A DNA stretch of 64,000 nt from Octopus sinensis (taxonomy: Eukaryota): assembly GCF_006345805.1 (NCBI RefSeq), contig NC_043006.1:64418001-64482000 (forward strand), written 5' to 3'. A program made the position numbers and the translations under genes. Under the pieces are notes generated by a model. That model was not told where the DNA came from. It saw only the letters and a list, made by a program, of their open reading frames with translations, and searched no databases. Positions 37,062 to 50,648 of the stretch are shown here, one piece after another; position 1 is the stretch's first letter, and each line of letters opens with the position of its first letter.

Positions 37062-37463
37062 ACTTGATGATCTGACTAGGCACATGCGTGTGTGAGTACC
37101 TGTGTGTATTCGTGTGTTCATAAATGAGTGCGCGCGCGTGTGTGTTTCATACCTGAGAAAAAGGAGATGCAAAGGTAACATATGGTGGTTTTAAGGAGAC
37201 AAAGAAAAAGAAAACACAGAGCTGGAGAGAAAGTGAGAGAGAGGGGGAAGAACAAAAGAAAGAAAAAAGAATTGAAGGTTGGTAGAGGGACACACACACA
37301 CACTCATAATTAATAGCGACAGAAGCAGTATCAGTACCAAAAGGTAATACTTATCGCCACTTAAAAGTGGATGTTGTGTTGGAACACAAAATACTCTAGT
37401 CACATACCCCGAGAGAACCTCTCGTAACAACCTGTGGTGAATAAAAGCACTCGAGTTTATATT

Positions 37464-37657
37464 ACTGCCAGATCACGTGATCTCAGCTTTTTCTTGGCCT
37501 TGTCAATAACAGACAACAAAACATTCACTTTGAGTCGGAAATAAGCATTAATTTTTGGTATTGATAGTCGCTAGTAACTATTTTGTAATAAGCCTAATGG
37601 CTATTTGTAACTCCAGTGACTGACTAAGTACTGTGATTCTTTCTCTCTCTCTCTCTC

Positions 37658-37737
<80 letters not shown>

Positions 37738-37822
37738 TTGATGGGAGAATCGGCTTCTGTATCTAGATGGATGTCTGTCACTGACAAGGCCAAGGAAAGC
37801 AGAAATTACGTGATCTGGCAGT
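37464..37822. repeat. Inverted-repeat (MITE-like) element with about 50 bp arms around (TC)n(TA)n
   Basis: ACTGCCAGATCACGTGATCTCAGCTTTTTCTTGGCCTTGTCAATAACAGACA versus TGTCTGTCACTGACAAGGCCAAGGAAAGCAGAAATTACGTGATCTGGCAGT. Confidence 0.7.
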
Positions 37823-37909
37823 TCCGGTAGCTGTAGCGGATGCTTTTCGCTTGCAACAAATATAAATATAAGTGCTTTTATGCACCCACAAGTCCATATG
37901 AGAGATCCT

Positions 37910-38471
37910 CTTGTGTTATAAAGTGTTGGGACTTGTGGTAGAAAAACAAAACTACAAGACATCAATTCGGCATTTAATCTCCTTTGAAGTAGCTCACCCC
38001 ACCCCACCCTGAAGCCGCACACTTTATCCGGCATCGTCTCCATTTATGGAAGCATTCCTGGGACTCCATTTGGAGGATAGTGGGAAGCTGCCTCGTCGCA
38101 CCCTGTTGGATTTCCTCGACGTTTTGAAATTTTGTTCCTGTCAAGAGAGATTTGATTTTTGCCTTGGTTTCGGGCTCGTAGCCATAGACCCATGATTCGT
38201 CTTCTGTTATAACCGTTTCCAAGAACTTTTAGCCTTCTTCGACATAATCAAGGAGATCCTGCGCTGCTGGACCCCGGCCTTCTTTTTGAGACGACCACAC
38301 TCTACACACTTACTTCCAAGCACTATAAACATCAAAAGTGAGCGAGAACGTCATAACTTTGTGTGCATGCGCAACAGTGTTCAAAGCCAATCTGTGCCAG
38401 GGGACTTAACTCTGCTTACTTTAGCTCCGTTACCATAGCAACAGTCCCGATAGTTTTTGATCAGACCTCGT
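37910..38471 (-). mobile_element. Internally deleted mariner element
   Basis: VITEDESWVYGYEPETK (first catalytic D motif); 5' TIR ACGAGGTCTGATCAAAAACTATCGGGACTG. Confidence 0.75.
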
Positions 38472-40843
38472 GTATGTGTATATGCGTATGTACGTGTGTG
38501 TTTGTGTGTTTTACGCTGAGTTTCGCGTTTCCTCAAAAGTTCCAAACACCATCGTACAACCCTCCCCATACCCACATTTTTTTTATTGAATGGGGTAGAC
38601 AATGCAAACATCCGACTCGAGTTATTAACCCCGCCTGAACCTTGTCCGTGCTTGAAATGGAGGCTGAGATATTTGTGACTTAGACCGGGATGGTTTGAGC
38701 AGTTTGAAGTGTTATCTAGCGGCAGTGTAACGAGTTCCATTTTGGATCAAAATCAAAAAATATTTATGATTGAAAGAGAGAAATCTCTGGTGGATTTAAT
38801 GCGATTCTTATTTTGTCCTGTCGGTTTTCATTAAAAGAATATAAACCTTTAACCATACTGCAGTTTTTGATGGTTTTATTTGGGAATTGTCTTAGACCCG
38901 CCAAGACTAGGCTTTGCTGATTTGGTCTTTACTCGATCTGTCGTAACTACATCGCTGGAATGTAGTTTTCTTGAGAGTTAACCGGTGTCACTTATTGTTC
39001 CATTTCACCAGGGACTTTATCCAGCATCGCTTCCAGACCAACCGCTGTTTGGTCTCTGGTTGCTTATTCATCCTGCAGGAGCCGGCTTATCTCGAAAATA
39101 TCTATCATATCTGGGGGCCGTATCGCTATCCGTCACTTGCGACCCACTCTCTAGCAGAACAGCTCAACCGAGAATCAATTGGAGATGGATAATTCCGACA
39201 GGACCCAATGAAGTCTGCTTGAGGACTCTGTCCCAACAATCCTCCCAGAATGAGTGGGCGATGAAGATGAGATGAGATTTAAAGAATTAGAAGTGTGTCT
39301 TAGTCTTTGTTTGTCCAGCACCACCGCTTGACAACCGGTGTTTGCTTACTAACGTCCCTGTAACTTACCGGCTTGGCATAAGAGGTCGATCGAATACGTA
39401 TTAGATATAAAAAGAAATTATGTACTATGATCGATTTGTTTGAATGCGATGCTTCAGCATGACCACAATCCAATGACTGGAACAAATAAAAGAAAAAAAA
39501 TATGAAAGATAAAGGAGAGTGTTAAAGGGTGTAGAAGGGAACTGAGTGGGTCAACAATAATAAAACAGAGAACGATGCAAGAGAAGGGGAATAGAAGTGT
39601 GGATGGCAGTGGAACAATTACCACGTGATCAGGTTCCCCTTTCGACCAGAGGGGAATAGTTGGCCTGCGGGCCTAGCCAGCGGAGTGGCGTCATTTGAAG
39701 GCTAAAATGATGCAAAGCACACTGTGACCAATGATATGTAACAACATCTGATAGTCAGGTCGGTCACGTGATCACGAGATACTAAATTACGGGGATGTAA
39801 ACAGACCAACACTGGTTGTCAAGCACTTGTGGAGGACGAATAAACACAAAGAAACACACATACACACACACACATATATATATATATCACGTGATCACGT
39901 GACCGACCAGGCTATCAGATGTGGGTACACATCGCTGGTCACAATGCGCTTCACATTGTTTTAACCATCAAGTGACGCTGGCTAAGCGAGCAGGCCAATA
40001 TATATATATACGACGGGTTTCTTTCACTTTCGTTTACCAAATCCACTCACAAGGCTTTGATCGGTCCGAGGCTATAGTAGGAGATACTTGCCCAAGGTAC
40101 CACCCAGTGGGTAACCCACTGAGTGGAACCAAAAGGAAACAGCTTCTCAAAGATTGCTTTCCGTCTTGCACACCATCACCACCCTCCACTCCTCCAGCAT
40201 TCCACACTCCAAGACTGCTCAATTCCAGTACCCCCTCCACTTCATCGCTATCCACCACTCCAACTCCATCACCACCTGCCACTCAAACTCCACCACTCTC
40301 TGCATCGCCACCGCCTCCCTTTATAACAGCACTCTCAACTTCGACACCACCCTCACCTTGTCCAAACATCCCCCCACATCACCCCTCACATCCGACCCCT
40401 TGCCTCCAAACCTTAATTATAATAGATCTGTCCGTGTAATCCTCTTTTAAAACAATCCGTTTCCTCCCCACCACTTTCCTATAGCACAGCACCCACCCCA
40501 GGCCTCCTGTTATCGATCGTGTTCCTCCTTCCTATGCTTGGACATACTTACTCTAAGGATTAACACAATCTGATTCGACTGGATTATCTCTTTAACTTGT
40601 CGACAATCATTTCAAACGGCTTCTTCGAATCTTCCCCCATTCTCATTCTCTCATTCCTTCCCTACACCGCTCCCCCCTTTCTCCTTCCCCTCCCTCTATC
40701 ATCTTCCTCTTTTCCTTCCTACCCTTTCCATTCCCTCGCGCTATCTCCCCTCCCCCTCTGTCTCTCTGTTATACATACATCTCCTCTATGTGTTTCACAC
40801 GAAACACGAGGCCCCTGAAAGTTTTCCACTTCAAAAACAATAT

Positions 40844-40887
<44 letters not shown>

Positions 40888-40922
40888 TGTGCGTGTGTTG
40901 TGTGTGTGCGCGCGCGCGCGTC

Positions 40923-40953
<31 letters not shown>

Positions 40954-41327
40954 CATTATTCAGTTTTATTTAAACATTTCTGGCCAGTATAGAAAGAGCT
41001 GGTTTCTAAGCTAGAACCAAGGCTCCTTCATTGGAATTTCAACATCAACAACAGGGTATTTTTGTATGTATGTATGTATACGTGCAGATTTGTATGCTTT
41101 ATTATATGTATGTATTCCCATGCAATATGGTTGCATATCTATATACATGCTCAGATATACTTAAATGATAATCTTCCGGAAAGTTGTAAAGATTTTTACA
41201 GTTCCAGTGATGGCTTCATTTGTAGTCTTCGAATCAGCCTTCTCCTTTCTGGTTTTGAAAAGCCCAATTTCTCAAGATTGGTATGTATGTATGTATGTAT
41301 GTATGTATGTATGTATGTATGTATGTA

Positions 41328-41408
<81 letters not shown>

Positions 41409-41772
41409 TATTGTATTTGTAATCGTGTAACGTTTTCTGGGTTTTTTTGTCTGTGTGCATCACTAAAACTCTAGAACTACCCAACCGATTTCATTCAAAT
41501 TTTACACATATCTTACTTAGAGTACATGCAGTGTCATGGGCCAAAAAAGTTTCAACTTCTTGCCAAATGCGGGCGCAGAGCAATCTCTTATCTCTTACAC
41601 TATTTCAGTATTACGTATCAAAAGCGAAACAATAAAATCTCTATTATAATGTGAGATAATACTTTCAGTTTAATACTCTCTATTAATACTGAACCTATCA
41701 TCTCAAATATATACATACATACACATACACACACACGCACACACACGCACGTACACACACACACACACACAC

Positions 41773-41819
<47 letters not shown>

Positions 41820-44130
41820 GTCCATGTTGTATTTTTCTACATACCTTAACATATATTCCAGGCGCCCCGTACCCCCTTTATCATTAATGTGAACACATAT
41901 TCTTAATAATTGGTACGACTCTCTGTTTGTCTCTCTCTCTCTCTCATTTTTACTTTCTCTCTCTATTCATCTTCTCTTTCCTCTGATCCTTTGGTCTAGT
42001 CTTCCACTACCCTCCTATTTCTTTGTCTCGCTCTGCACTCACAGGTCATTCTTCGACACCCATCCCTTCTCCTCTCTGATTCCTTCTTTCTCTCTCTTCT
42101 CTCTCTTTGTTGCGTTTTGTCCCCCTTTTCTCTCTCTCTCTTCTCTGTCACGTGACTGTTGGCCGAAATCTGCCTTTCAGCTCCTGACCCTCGTCGTGTT
42201 AACATCGTTGTTCTTCGTCCGCCGCTATAAAGGCTTTTTCCAATGCGCCAGAGAAAAAATTTGTTTGCTTGTTATCAGTCGTAAGACCTTGTTGTTTTCA
42301 CCGTTAATGCTTCTGTATTTCATGTTTCTGTATTCCATTATTGTTTTTTGTTTTTTTTTATATCTGTCCCTTTTGCTGTCCTGGTGTTCGTATGCATTCG
42401 ATCTTCTTCCAGGAAATCTACGCTTCCAGCTTAGTTTTTCTTGGAGGCTGGCCGTGATCTAGTAATCTCAAGATTAATCAGCCGAAATTACTACGATGAT
42501 CCGGTTCTTGACTGAAGACTGAGGGGTTCGAATGTCCTGTCCATGTTTATTGTATCGTCTTCTATGAGTTATACGTTCTTGTCCATGTTGTATTTTTCTA
42601 CATACCTTAACATATATTCCAGGCGCCCCGTACCCCCTTTATCATTAATGTGAACACATATTCTTAATAATTGGTACGACTCTCTGTTTGTCTCTCTCTC
42701 TCTCTCATTTTTACTTTCTCTCTATCATCTTCTCTTTCCTCTGATCCTTTGGTCTAGTCTTCCACTACCCTCCTATTTCTTTGTCTCGCTCTGCACTCAC
42801 AGGTCATTCTTCGACACCCATCCCTTCTCCTCTCTGATTCCTTCTTTCTCTCTCTTCTCTCTCTTTGTTGCGTTTTGTCCCCCTTTTCTCTCTCTCTCTT
42901 CTCTGTCACGTGACTGTTGGCCGAAATCTGCCTTTCAGCTCCTGACCCTCGTCGTGTTAACATCGTTGTTCTTCGTCCGCCGCTATAAAGGCTTTTTCCA
43001 ATGCGCCAGAGAAAAAATTTGTTTGCTTGTTATCAGTCGTAAGACACTTGTTGTTTTCACCGTTAATGCTTCTGTATTTCATGTTTCTGTATTCCATTAT
43101 TGTTTTTTGTTTTTTTTTATATCTGTCCCTTTTGCTGTCCTGGTGTTCGTATGCATTCGATCCTTCTTCCAGGAAATCTACGCTTCCAGCTTAGTTTTTC
43201 TTGGAGGGCTGGCCGTGATCTAGTAATCTCAAGATTAATCAGCCGAAATTACTACGATGATCTGGTTCTTGACTGAAGACTGAGGGATTCGAATGTCCTG
43301 TCCATGTTTATTGTATCGTCTTCTATGAGTTATACGTTCTTGTCCATGTTGTATTTTTCTACATACCTTAACATATATTCCAGGCGCCCCGTACCCCCTT
43401 TATCATTAATGTGAACACATATTCTTAATAATTGGTACGACTCTCTGTTTGTCTCTCTCTCTCTCTCTCTCATTTTTACTTTCTCTCTATTCATCTTCTC
43501 TTTCCTCTGATCCTTTGGTCTAGTCTTCCACTACCCTCCTATTTCTTTGTCTCGCTCTGCACTCACAGGTCATTCTTCGACACCCATCCCTTCTCCTCTC
43601 TGATTCCTTCTTTCTCTCTCTTCTCTCTCTTTGTTGCGTTTTGTCCCCCTTTTCTCTCTCTCTCTTCTCTGTCACGTGACTGTTGGCCGAAATCTGCCTT
43701 TCAGCTCCTGACCCTCGTCGTGTTAACATCGTTGTTCTTCGTCCGCCGCTATAAAGGCTTTTTCCAATGCGCCAGAGAAAAAATTTGTTTGCTTGTTATC
43801 AGTCGTAAGACACTTGTTGTTTTCACCGTTAATGCTTCTGTATTTCATGTTTCTGTATTCCATTATTGTTTTTTGTTTTTTTTATATCTGTCCCTTTTGC
43901 TGTCCTGGTGTTCGTATGCATTCGATCCTTCTTCCAGGAAATCTACGCTTCCAGCTTAGTTTTTCTTGGAGGGCGGCCGTGATCTAGTAATCTCAAGATT
44001 AATCAGCCGAATTACTACGATGATCCGGTTCTTGACTGAAGACTGAGGGGTTCGAATGTCCTGTCCATGTTTATTGTATCGTCTTCTATGAGTTATACGT
44101 TCTTGTCCATGTTGTATTTTTCTACATACC

Positions 44131-44134
<4 letters not shown>
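41820..44134. repeat. Tandem array of 3 x ~761 bp plus a 30 bp terminal redundancy
   Basis: GTCCATGTTGTATTTTTCTACATACCTTAA starts at 41820, 42581, 43342 and 44105; units are nearly identical; (TA)n on both sides. Confidence 0.97.
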
Positions 44135-44161
<27 letters not shown>

Positions 44162-44334
44162 TACGTATCAAAAGTGAAACAATAACATTTCTATTGTAAT
44201 GTAAGATAATACTTTCAGTTTAATATTTTCACTATTATATACTTTCACTATTAATACTGAAACTATTATCTCACATATATACATGTATACACATACACGC
44301 GCGCGCACACCACGCGCACAACACACCACACACA

Positions 44335-44365
<31 letters not shown>

Positions 44366-44392
44366 CACCACACATATATATATATTATATAT

Positions 44393-44435
<43 letters not shown>

Positions 44436-44463
44436 GTATATATATATATATATATTATATATA

Positions 44464-44494
<31 letters not shown>

Positions 44495-44614
44495 GAGATA
44501 GATAGATAGATAGATAGATAGATAAATAGATAGATTTACATGTATATATGTATGTATATATATATGTATATATATATGTATATATATATATATATATAAT
44601 ATATATATATATAT

Positions 44615-44649
<35 letters not shown>

Positions 44650-44889
44650 GCATATATATATTGCTGTTGTGTTTACGTCCCGTAACCTAGCCGTTTGGCA
44701 AAACACTCCGATAGAGTAAGTACTAGGCTTACAAAGAAAAAATCCTGGGGCCGATTTCCTCGACTAAAGGCGATGCTCCAGCATATCTGCAGTCACATGA
44801 CCGAAACATGTAAAACAATACAAAACTACGTCATTTTAATCCCGAGCAACGCCGGTTATCTCTGCTATTATATGCATATATATATATTG

Positions 44890-45617
44890 TCTCTTTCGGG
44901 ATAATGTTAAACAGGGTAGGGCCTGTTGAGGAAAAGAAATTGTGTCACAGTGTACCTATATGTTGTGATCCTGAATTGGACAGGGGACGTATAGCCCGTT
45001 GCCCCAGCCTTAGATGAAACTTGAAACTAATGTTCAGGTCGTTTTGGCAATGCTGGCGGTATATTCTCCACATCGTACAAATGATGTACCGCTCGCGACG
45101 ACGTTGGAGGGAACAGAGTTTCAAGGCTTTAAAGCAGTCCCAGTAATCGAGATCAGTCATGCCTTCAATTCGTTTAGTGAGTGCCCTCTGGAGTGATTCA
45201 ATCCGCGAGATGTTTTCTTTTGTATGGGGAGACCACAAGGGGCAGCAGTATTCGAGGTGTGACTGTACAAAGGAGGAGAAAAGTGGAATGATGACACCTT
45301 GTTCTCTGGACCGGAAGGTTCTTAAGATTCAGGAGCTCATCCTACGACCTATACCGACCTTATTGTTGAGGTGGACACTCCAACTGAGATCGTCATCAAC
45401 AATTACACCCTGGTCTCTGATATTATTAGATGCTGTGAGCGGTTCCCCTGAAGGAAGAGAGTATGGCTGTTTTAGTATTGACTTTCTTCCAAAATGCATC
45501 AGCTCAAATTTTCCCTCGTTCAGTTGCATTTTGTTTTTGTCTGCCCATTGACTCACAGCATATAGATCAGACCGGAGTTGAGTTCGGTCTTCTTCTTCTA
45601 TGATGATTTGCTGGAGA
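44890..45617 (-). mobile_element. CR1/Jockey-group LINE ORF2 fragment (RT thumb and C-terminus)
   Basis: LRSDLYAVSQWADKNKMQLNEGKFELMHFG, IRDQGVIVDDDLSWSVH, WSPHTKENISRIESLQRALTKRI..SLQRRRERY. Confidence 0.85.
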
Positions 45618-45713
45618 GAAAGAAACAAGGAGAGAAAATAAAGAGAGAGAAAATAAAGAATGTGTATTGGCTAGCGAGTCACTCCTGCTTCTATATATAT
45701 AATATTTATATAG

Positions 45714-45753
<40 letters not shown>

Positions 45754-46469
45754 TGTGTGTGTGTGTGTGCCGGCAGGTTTGTACAAATGCACGTCTGTAT
45801 GGACATATTTGCCTGCATACATATAGATAGATTGATTTCACTGTATGCTTCGTTATTAGTTGAAGTATCTGCTGCTGCAGTTACGGTCTTTTTGTAAGGT
45901 TTTACAACAATAAAAAAGAACAACTGTTCTCATCCTTGAAACTGAAAAACAGAAGAATCACCTCCATTCTATAGAATTTTGAAGAATATTCCGAGGCGAC
46001 ACATTCTTTGTGCTTTCAAATACTTGACAAACAGCCATTTCATTTACAAAACTTTATTGTTTATAAGCAAGGATTCACAACAGCAAGAAATACTAATTTA
46101 ATCCATAATTTCTTTGTCGTCGATCAAAAAAGTCTATGTTGAAAAGGTCAGAGATCAACCCATACGGTTTTTATATTACGTACGCTATCCTTCATGAAGT
46201 AACAACCAAACAGCAGAACCAGGGATCAAGGGTGTTGCACTCACGATCGCGAGATCGTCGTCTCGATTCCCGGACCGGACGGCGCGTTCTGTTCCTGAGT
46301 AAAACACTTCATCTCGCATTGCTCCAGTCCACTCAGCTGTAAATGGGTACACTCTGCGACAGACTGGCATCCTGCTCAGGGAGGATGTCGTATTCTCGGT
46401 CACTTGTGCGCCATGGAATCCGGATCTACGAGTTCTAACGTTTGAGACAGTAATGTCCGGCGATGGCGG

Positions 46470-46568
46470 CAACGGTGGTGGTGGTGGTGGTGGTGGTGGT
46501 GGTGGTGGTGGTGGTGGTGGTGGTGGTGTGGTGGTGGTGGTGGTGGTGGTGGTGGTGGTGGTGGTTGC

Positions 46569-46599
<31 letters not shown>

Positions 46600-46690
46600 G
46601 GTGCTTGTGGTGCTGGTGCTGGTGCTGGTGATGCTGGTGCTAGTGGTGGTGGTGGTGGTGATGGTGGTGATGGTGCTGAAGGTGCTGGTG
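46470..46690. repeat. (GGT)n/(TGT)n/(GCT)n tract
   Basis: Simple trinucleotide repeats. Confidence 0.95.
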
Positions 46691-47369
46691 GTGAAGAGGA
46701 TGCAGCTTTTATATGGCATACGCTATTCCTCACACGGTATAAGTTGCACAACAGCACCAGTTTTCATACGAGACAAAAGCCAGGTCTTGTTAACTCTGGA
46801 ATGCGTTTTTTTGCGTTGGCTGTTCGGTTCCCACAGCTTGACAATCAGTGTTGGTTTGTTTAAATCCTTGTAACATAAGGGCTCTGCAAAAAGAAACAAC
46901 GCAATAAGTACCAGTCTTTAAAAAAAACATTATAAATACTGGGGTCAACTTGCTCAACGAAAAAAATAACATATTAAGGCGATGTCCCGTCCATTGACTG
47001 AAACAAGTAAAAGATGGAAGATAAAAGGTCACCGAGATGGAAACGAAATTGTCAATTGTCAAATCAGGAATTAGCTCCAAAATATCTATTCTCATTTATT
47101 ACGGTTGTTCGGTTTCATATAAAACGACGTGTTAAATGAATCAGGATAAAATAAATAATAGATGGGTACTTACTATTTACTATTTGTAAATCTCTCAACT
47201 GGAGATATTCAGCCACAGTACTCTAGATTAGAGATCATTTGCCAACATAACATGGCAATCTTTCGAAAATATAAGGACACAGATCGTGACGTATAGCCAG
47301 CTGGAGACGAGGTCTCCTGGGGCTAAATTACAGCAACATTCGGCCTAAACCAGGACTGCTATGTTATGT

Positions 47370-47640
47370 TGGCAAATGAGGCCCTGCTCTGTTTAACATT
47401 GTCCCAAAAACTGATTAAAGAGGAAAAGGATCCCATCACTTTTAAACGGAATCTGGACAGATTTCTTCAAGGAATACCAGATAAGTCACCCATACCTGGA
47501 TACAACTCACTCAACAAGAACCACTACTTGAATGGACCATAAACAAAACTTGACTTAAAAAGGATTTAGATAATCCTATCAGGTGTGCTATTAAGTTAGA
47601 CATGGCCTGGACCAATCTTTAGTCGAAACATATCTAAGTT
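47370..47640 (+). mobile_element. CR1-like LINE 3' terminus
   Basis: GPALFNIVPK..DPITFKRNLDRFLQGIPDK, followed by a GGCCTGGACCAA..GTCGAAAC tail. Confidence 0.65.
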
Positions 47641-48979
47641 TATCCAAGTTTCGATGGGTAAATCAGTATAATGTAAAACATGAGCAATTATCAATGTGTC
47701 CTGGGTAGTTGGTGTGGATCATCGCTGAGGAAGGTGTTTTTTGCCATACAAACATATTCGTTGACTGATCTCCAACCCGTGTTATTACAGATCAATTCGT
47801 GATAAGCGTTACATGGTTACCAATTGTGCGTACTGTGTTATCCCGGGTCAATGATGAATGAATCAGCGATAAACAAGGAGACATGTTACACGTTTTTATA
47901 AGTTATGATGTTTTCATGTTACAGAAATAAAGGGATGGAGTCAATAATATATAATAGCCCGAGGAAATAAACGAAGGTCTGTGTTCGGGATAAATCATTA
48001 TTGGTATTGTTGTTGTTTAACCCTAGGCCAGACAGATCAAGGAAACCTATGATCAAAAGTATCCCAACTCTGAACATCCTGTCTCTTTCCTATATGCAGG
48101 GAACCCAAGATTACATTGTTCTAAGATGACAGAGAGTGATTTGAAGAAGATTTGGGTGTCGTTTCTAGCAGATCAAATGACAACGTAGAGGTTCACCTTG
48201 TTGTCTTAAGCATGAAACAGTCAATAGACAAAATCATATTTTAAAAACATGTCCTTGTTCTAAGACGATAGAGAGTGATTCGAGGAAGATTTGGATGTCG
48301 TTTCTAGCGGATCAAACGACAACGTAGAGGTTCGCGTTGTTGTTTTGAGTATGAAACAGTCAAAGGAAAAATAAGATTTTAAAAATTAGATTCTGAGCAA
48401 ATAAATGATGATCTTCGTCAACAAAATAGTAACAAATAAATAAGCACAGCGGCAGCTGTAACTGACGAAATATCATGAATTATCTCCCTCCACACTAGTT
48501 AACTTGCTTTACAAATTATAATAAATATACACCTAGACCAAAGGTTCTCAAACTTTTTCGGCCACCGCCCGCTCATGGCCACATAATACCCCAGCACCCC
48601 ACCCCTCTTTTTATGTATAATTAAATATTTAATATTTTACTAATTTATATATACTATGAATCATTTGATATTTAATATGATCTATAATTTGTATACAATA
48701 CTGTAATAATATTGGGCAAAATGATTTGCTCCGGCGCTGAGATCAACTTTTCCTTTCGCTCTGTTTTAAATAGCTTTTCCCGATTCTAACAGGACATGCC
48801 ATAATGAATTATAGTACGTGTACTTAGAGTGGTGGATTGATAGAATCGTTAGCACGTCGAACGAAATTCCTTGAGATATGTCTTCCGGTTCTTTTACGTT
48901 CCGAGTCCAAATGCTACCGAGATCAATCTTTGCCTTCCATCATTGCAGAGTCCGTAAAATGAATCGCCGACAATGGATT

Positions 48980-49310
48980 AAGTTCTTTGCCTAAAATTTA
49001 TAGAGAGCTCTAAACAGTACCAATGATCCCATACTATAGCAGCTTGGATTTCAAGGGTCCACAACTATTCAACATCTTAGAAAACAACCTCAGAAATTAA
49101 CGAGATGTAGATGTGAAGGTTTTCAAAAAGCGTTTGGACATGTCTTTATCTGAGATACCGGATGAGCCTACATCACGGCAGGAGGCACAAAGAAGAACAG
49201 CTCCGGCCAACTCGTTATTTCACAAAAAATGGTACAGAAAAGCAGCAGGAACACACTGAAAGACGTTGCTCAAGCATGGCCTCAGCCTCTTGCTGAACCA
49301 AGTGCTAGAG
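48980..49310 (+). mobile_element. CR1-like LINE 3' terminus, different subfamily
   Basis: SLDFKGPQLFNIL..VKVFKKRLDMSLSEIPDEP..ANSLFH. Confidence 0.65.
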
Positions 49311-49340
49311 AAAAGATAAAAGATGTGCCTATGTTATTTA

Positions 49341-49757
49341 TTTATTTATTGCCCACAGGGGGCTAAACGTAGAGGGGACAAACAAGGACAGACAAAGGGA
49401 TTAAATCGATTATATCGACTCCAGTGCGTAACTGGTACTTATTTAATCGACTCCGAAAGGATGAAAGGCAAAGTCAACCCCGGCGGAATTTGAACTCAGA
49501 ACGTAACGGCAGACAAAATACCTATTTCTTTACTACCCACAAGGGGGTAAACACAGAGGGGACAAACAAGGACAGACACACGGATTAAGCCGATTACATC
49601 GACCCCAGTGCGTAACTGTTACTTATTTAATCGACCCCGAAAGGATGGAAGGCAAAGTCGACCTCGGCGAAATTCGAACTCAGAACTTAGCGGCAGACAA
49701 AATACCACTAAGCAGTTCGCCCGGCGTACTAACGATTCTGCCAGCCCGCCGTCCTAC
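49341..49757 (-). mobile_element. Dimeric Meta-like SINE with Tx1-type tail and long TSD
   Basis: Two tandem bodies; direct repeat ATGTGCCTATGTTATTTA at 49323-49340 and 49758-49775. Confidence 0.9.
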
Positions 49758-49768
49758 ATGTGCCTATG

Positions 49769-50147
49769 TTATTTACCTCCGCCTTAGCGAAGGCGGAGGT
49801 GTTGTTTTCAGTCATGTTTGTTTATTTATGTTTATCCGTGGACACGATATCTCAAGAACAGCTGGATGGATTCAGATGAAACTTTCAGGGATGTTTGGCC
49901 TCGTGACTGGCACGAACTGATTAGATTTTAAGATCAATCCGGTACTGGACAAGGATTCTGGATTATCTTTTTCTGTTTATTTATTTAATTTTTGAGAACG
50001 GGCGGGTTCATTTTTTAGTATTCTCATTTGTGAGAGCATTCGAGTTTATTTCAGGTATTCTCGTTTTAAAAATCCTCTCTGGCTAAACGCTGAGAGGACG
50101 GTGATGTTGCCTTGGTGGAGGTTTGCGCTCTCTGAGTGCTCTTCTAG
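49769..50147 (+). mobile_element. Non-autonomous Helitron/Helentron-type element
   Basis: 5' TTATTTACCTCCGCC..GGCGGAGGT hairpin; 3' GGTGGAGGTTTGCGCTCTCTGAGTGCTCTTCTAG terminus. Confidence 0.6.
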
Positions 50148-50516
50148 ATGTATTTTATACTTCATGTATGTAGCACATACATAATATATATATATATATG
50201 CTATGTATGTAGCATGTATTAAGTTATATATGTATGTAGCGTATATTCTATTCTATTCTATTATAATATATTATATAGATATCATACATTACGTATGTTG
50301 TGTACATTTTATACACACATAGATATATTCATACATACATCACACACACACACACACATGCATATATATAATGAAAAAATAAGGAGATAAGCTCTTTTCA
50401 AGAAACAACTCCGCAGGGGTCAATCTATTGAGCGATTAGACTACAGAATTAATTAGAAATTTTAAATTTGTCTTTTTCTAATTAATTCTTTAGTATGTAT
50501 CTATGTATGGATGTAC

Positions 50517-50559
<43 letters not shown>

Positions 50560-50600
50560 ATATATTATAATTATATATATATATATATATATGTATGCTG

Positions 50601-50648
<48 letters not shown>

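Noticed and set aside
38940-39290. GC-richer stretch with short ORFs (also 40150-40800, 59100-59500, 60500-60860)
   Set aside because: I recognised no protein motif or splice signals; these are probably old TE debris and are left unassigned.
41820-44134. CRISPR array or multi-copy small gene (identical 69 aa ORFs)
   Set aside because: There is no repeat-spacer alternation; the ORFs run through CT/GA tracts and repeat only because the unit repeats.
45617-45665. Polypyrimidine tract plus CAG just upstream of the LINE fragment (minus strand), resembling a splice acceptor
   Set aside because: The tract resembles the CT-rich part of the repeat at about 3860-3890, and no donor or host exon context is visible.
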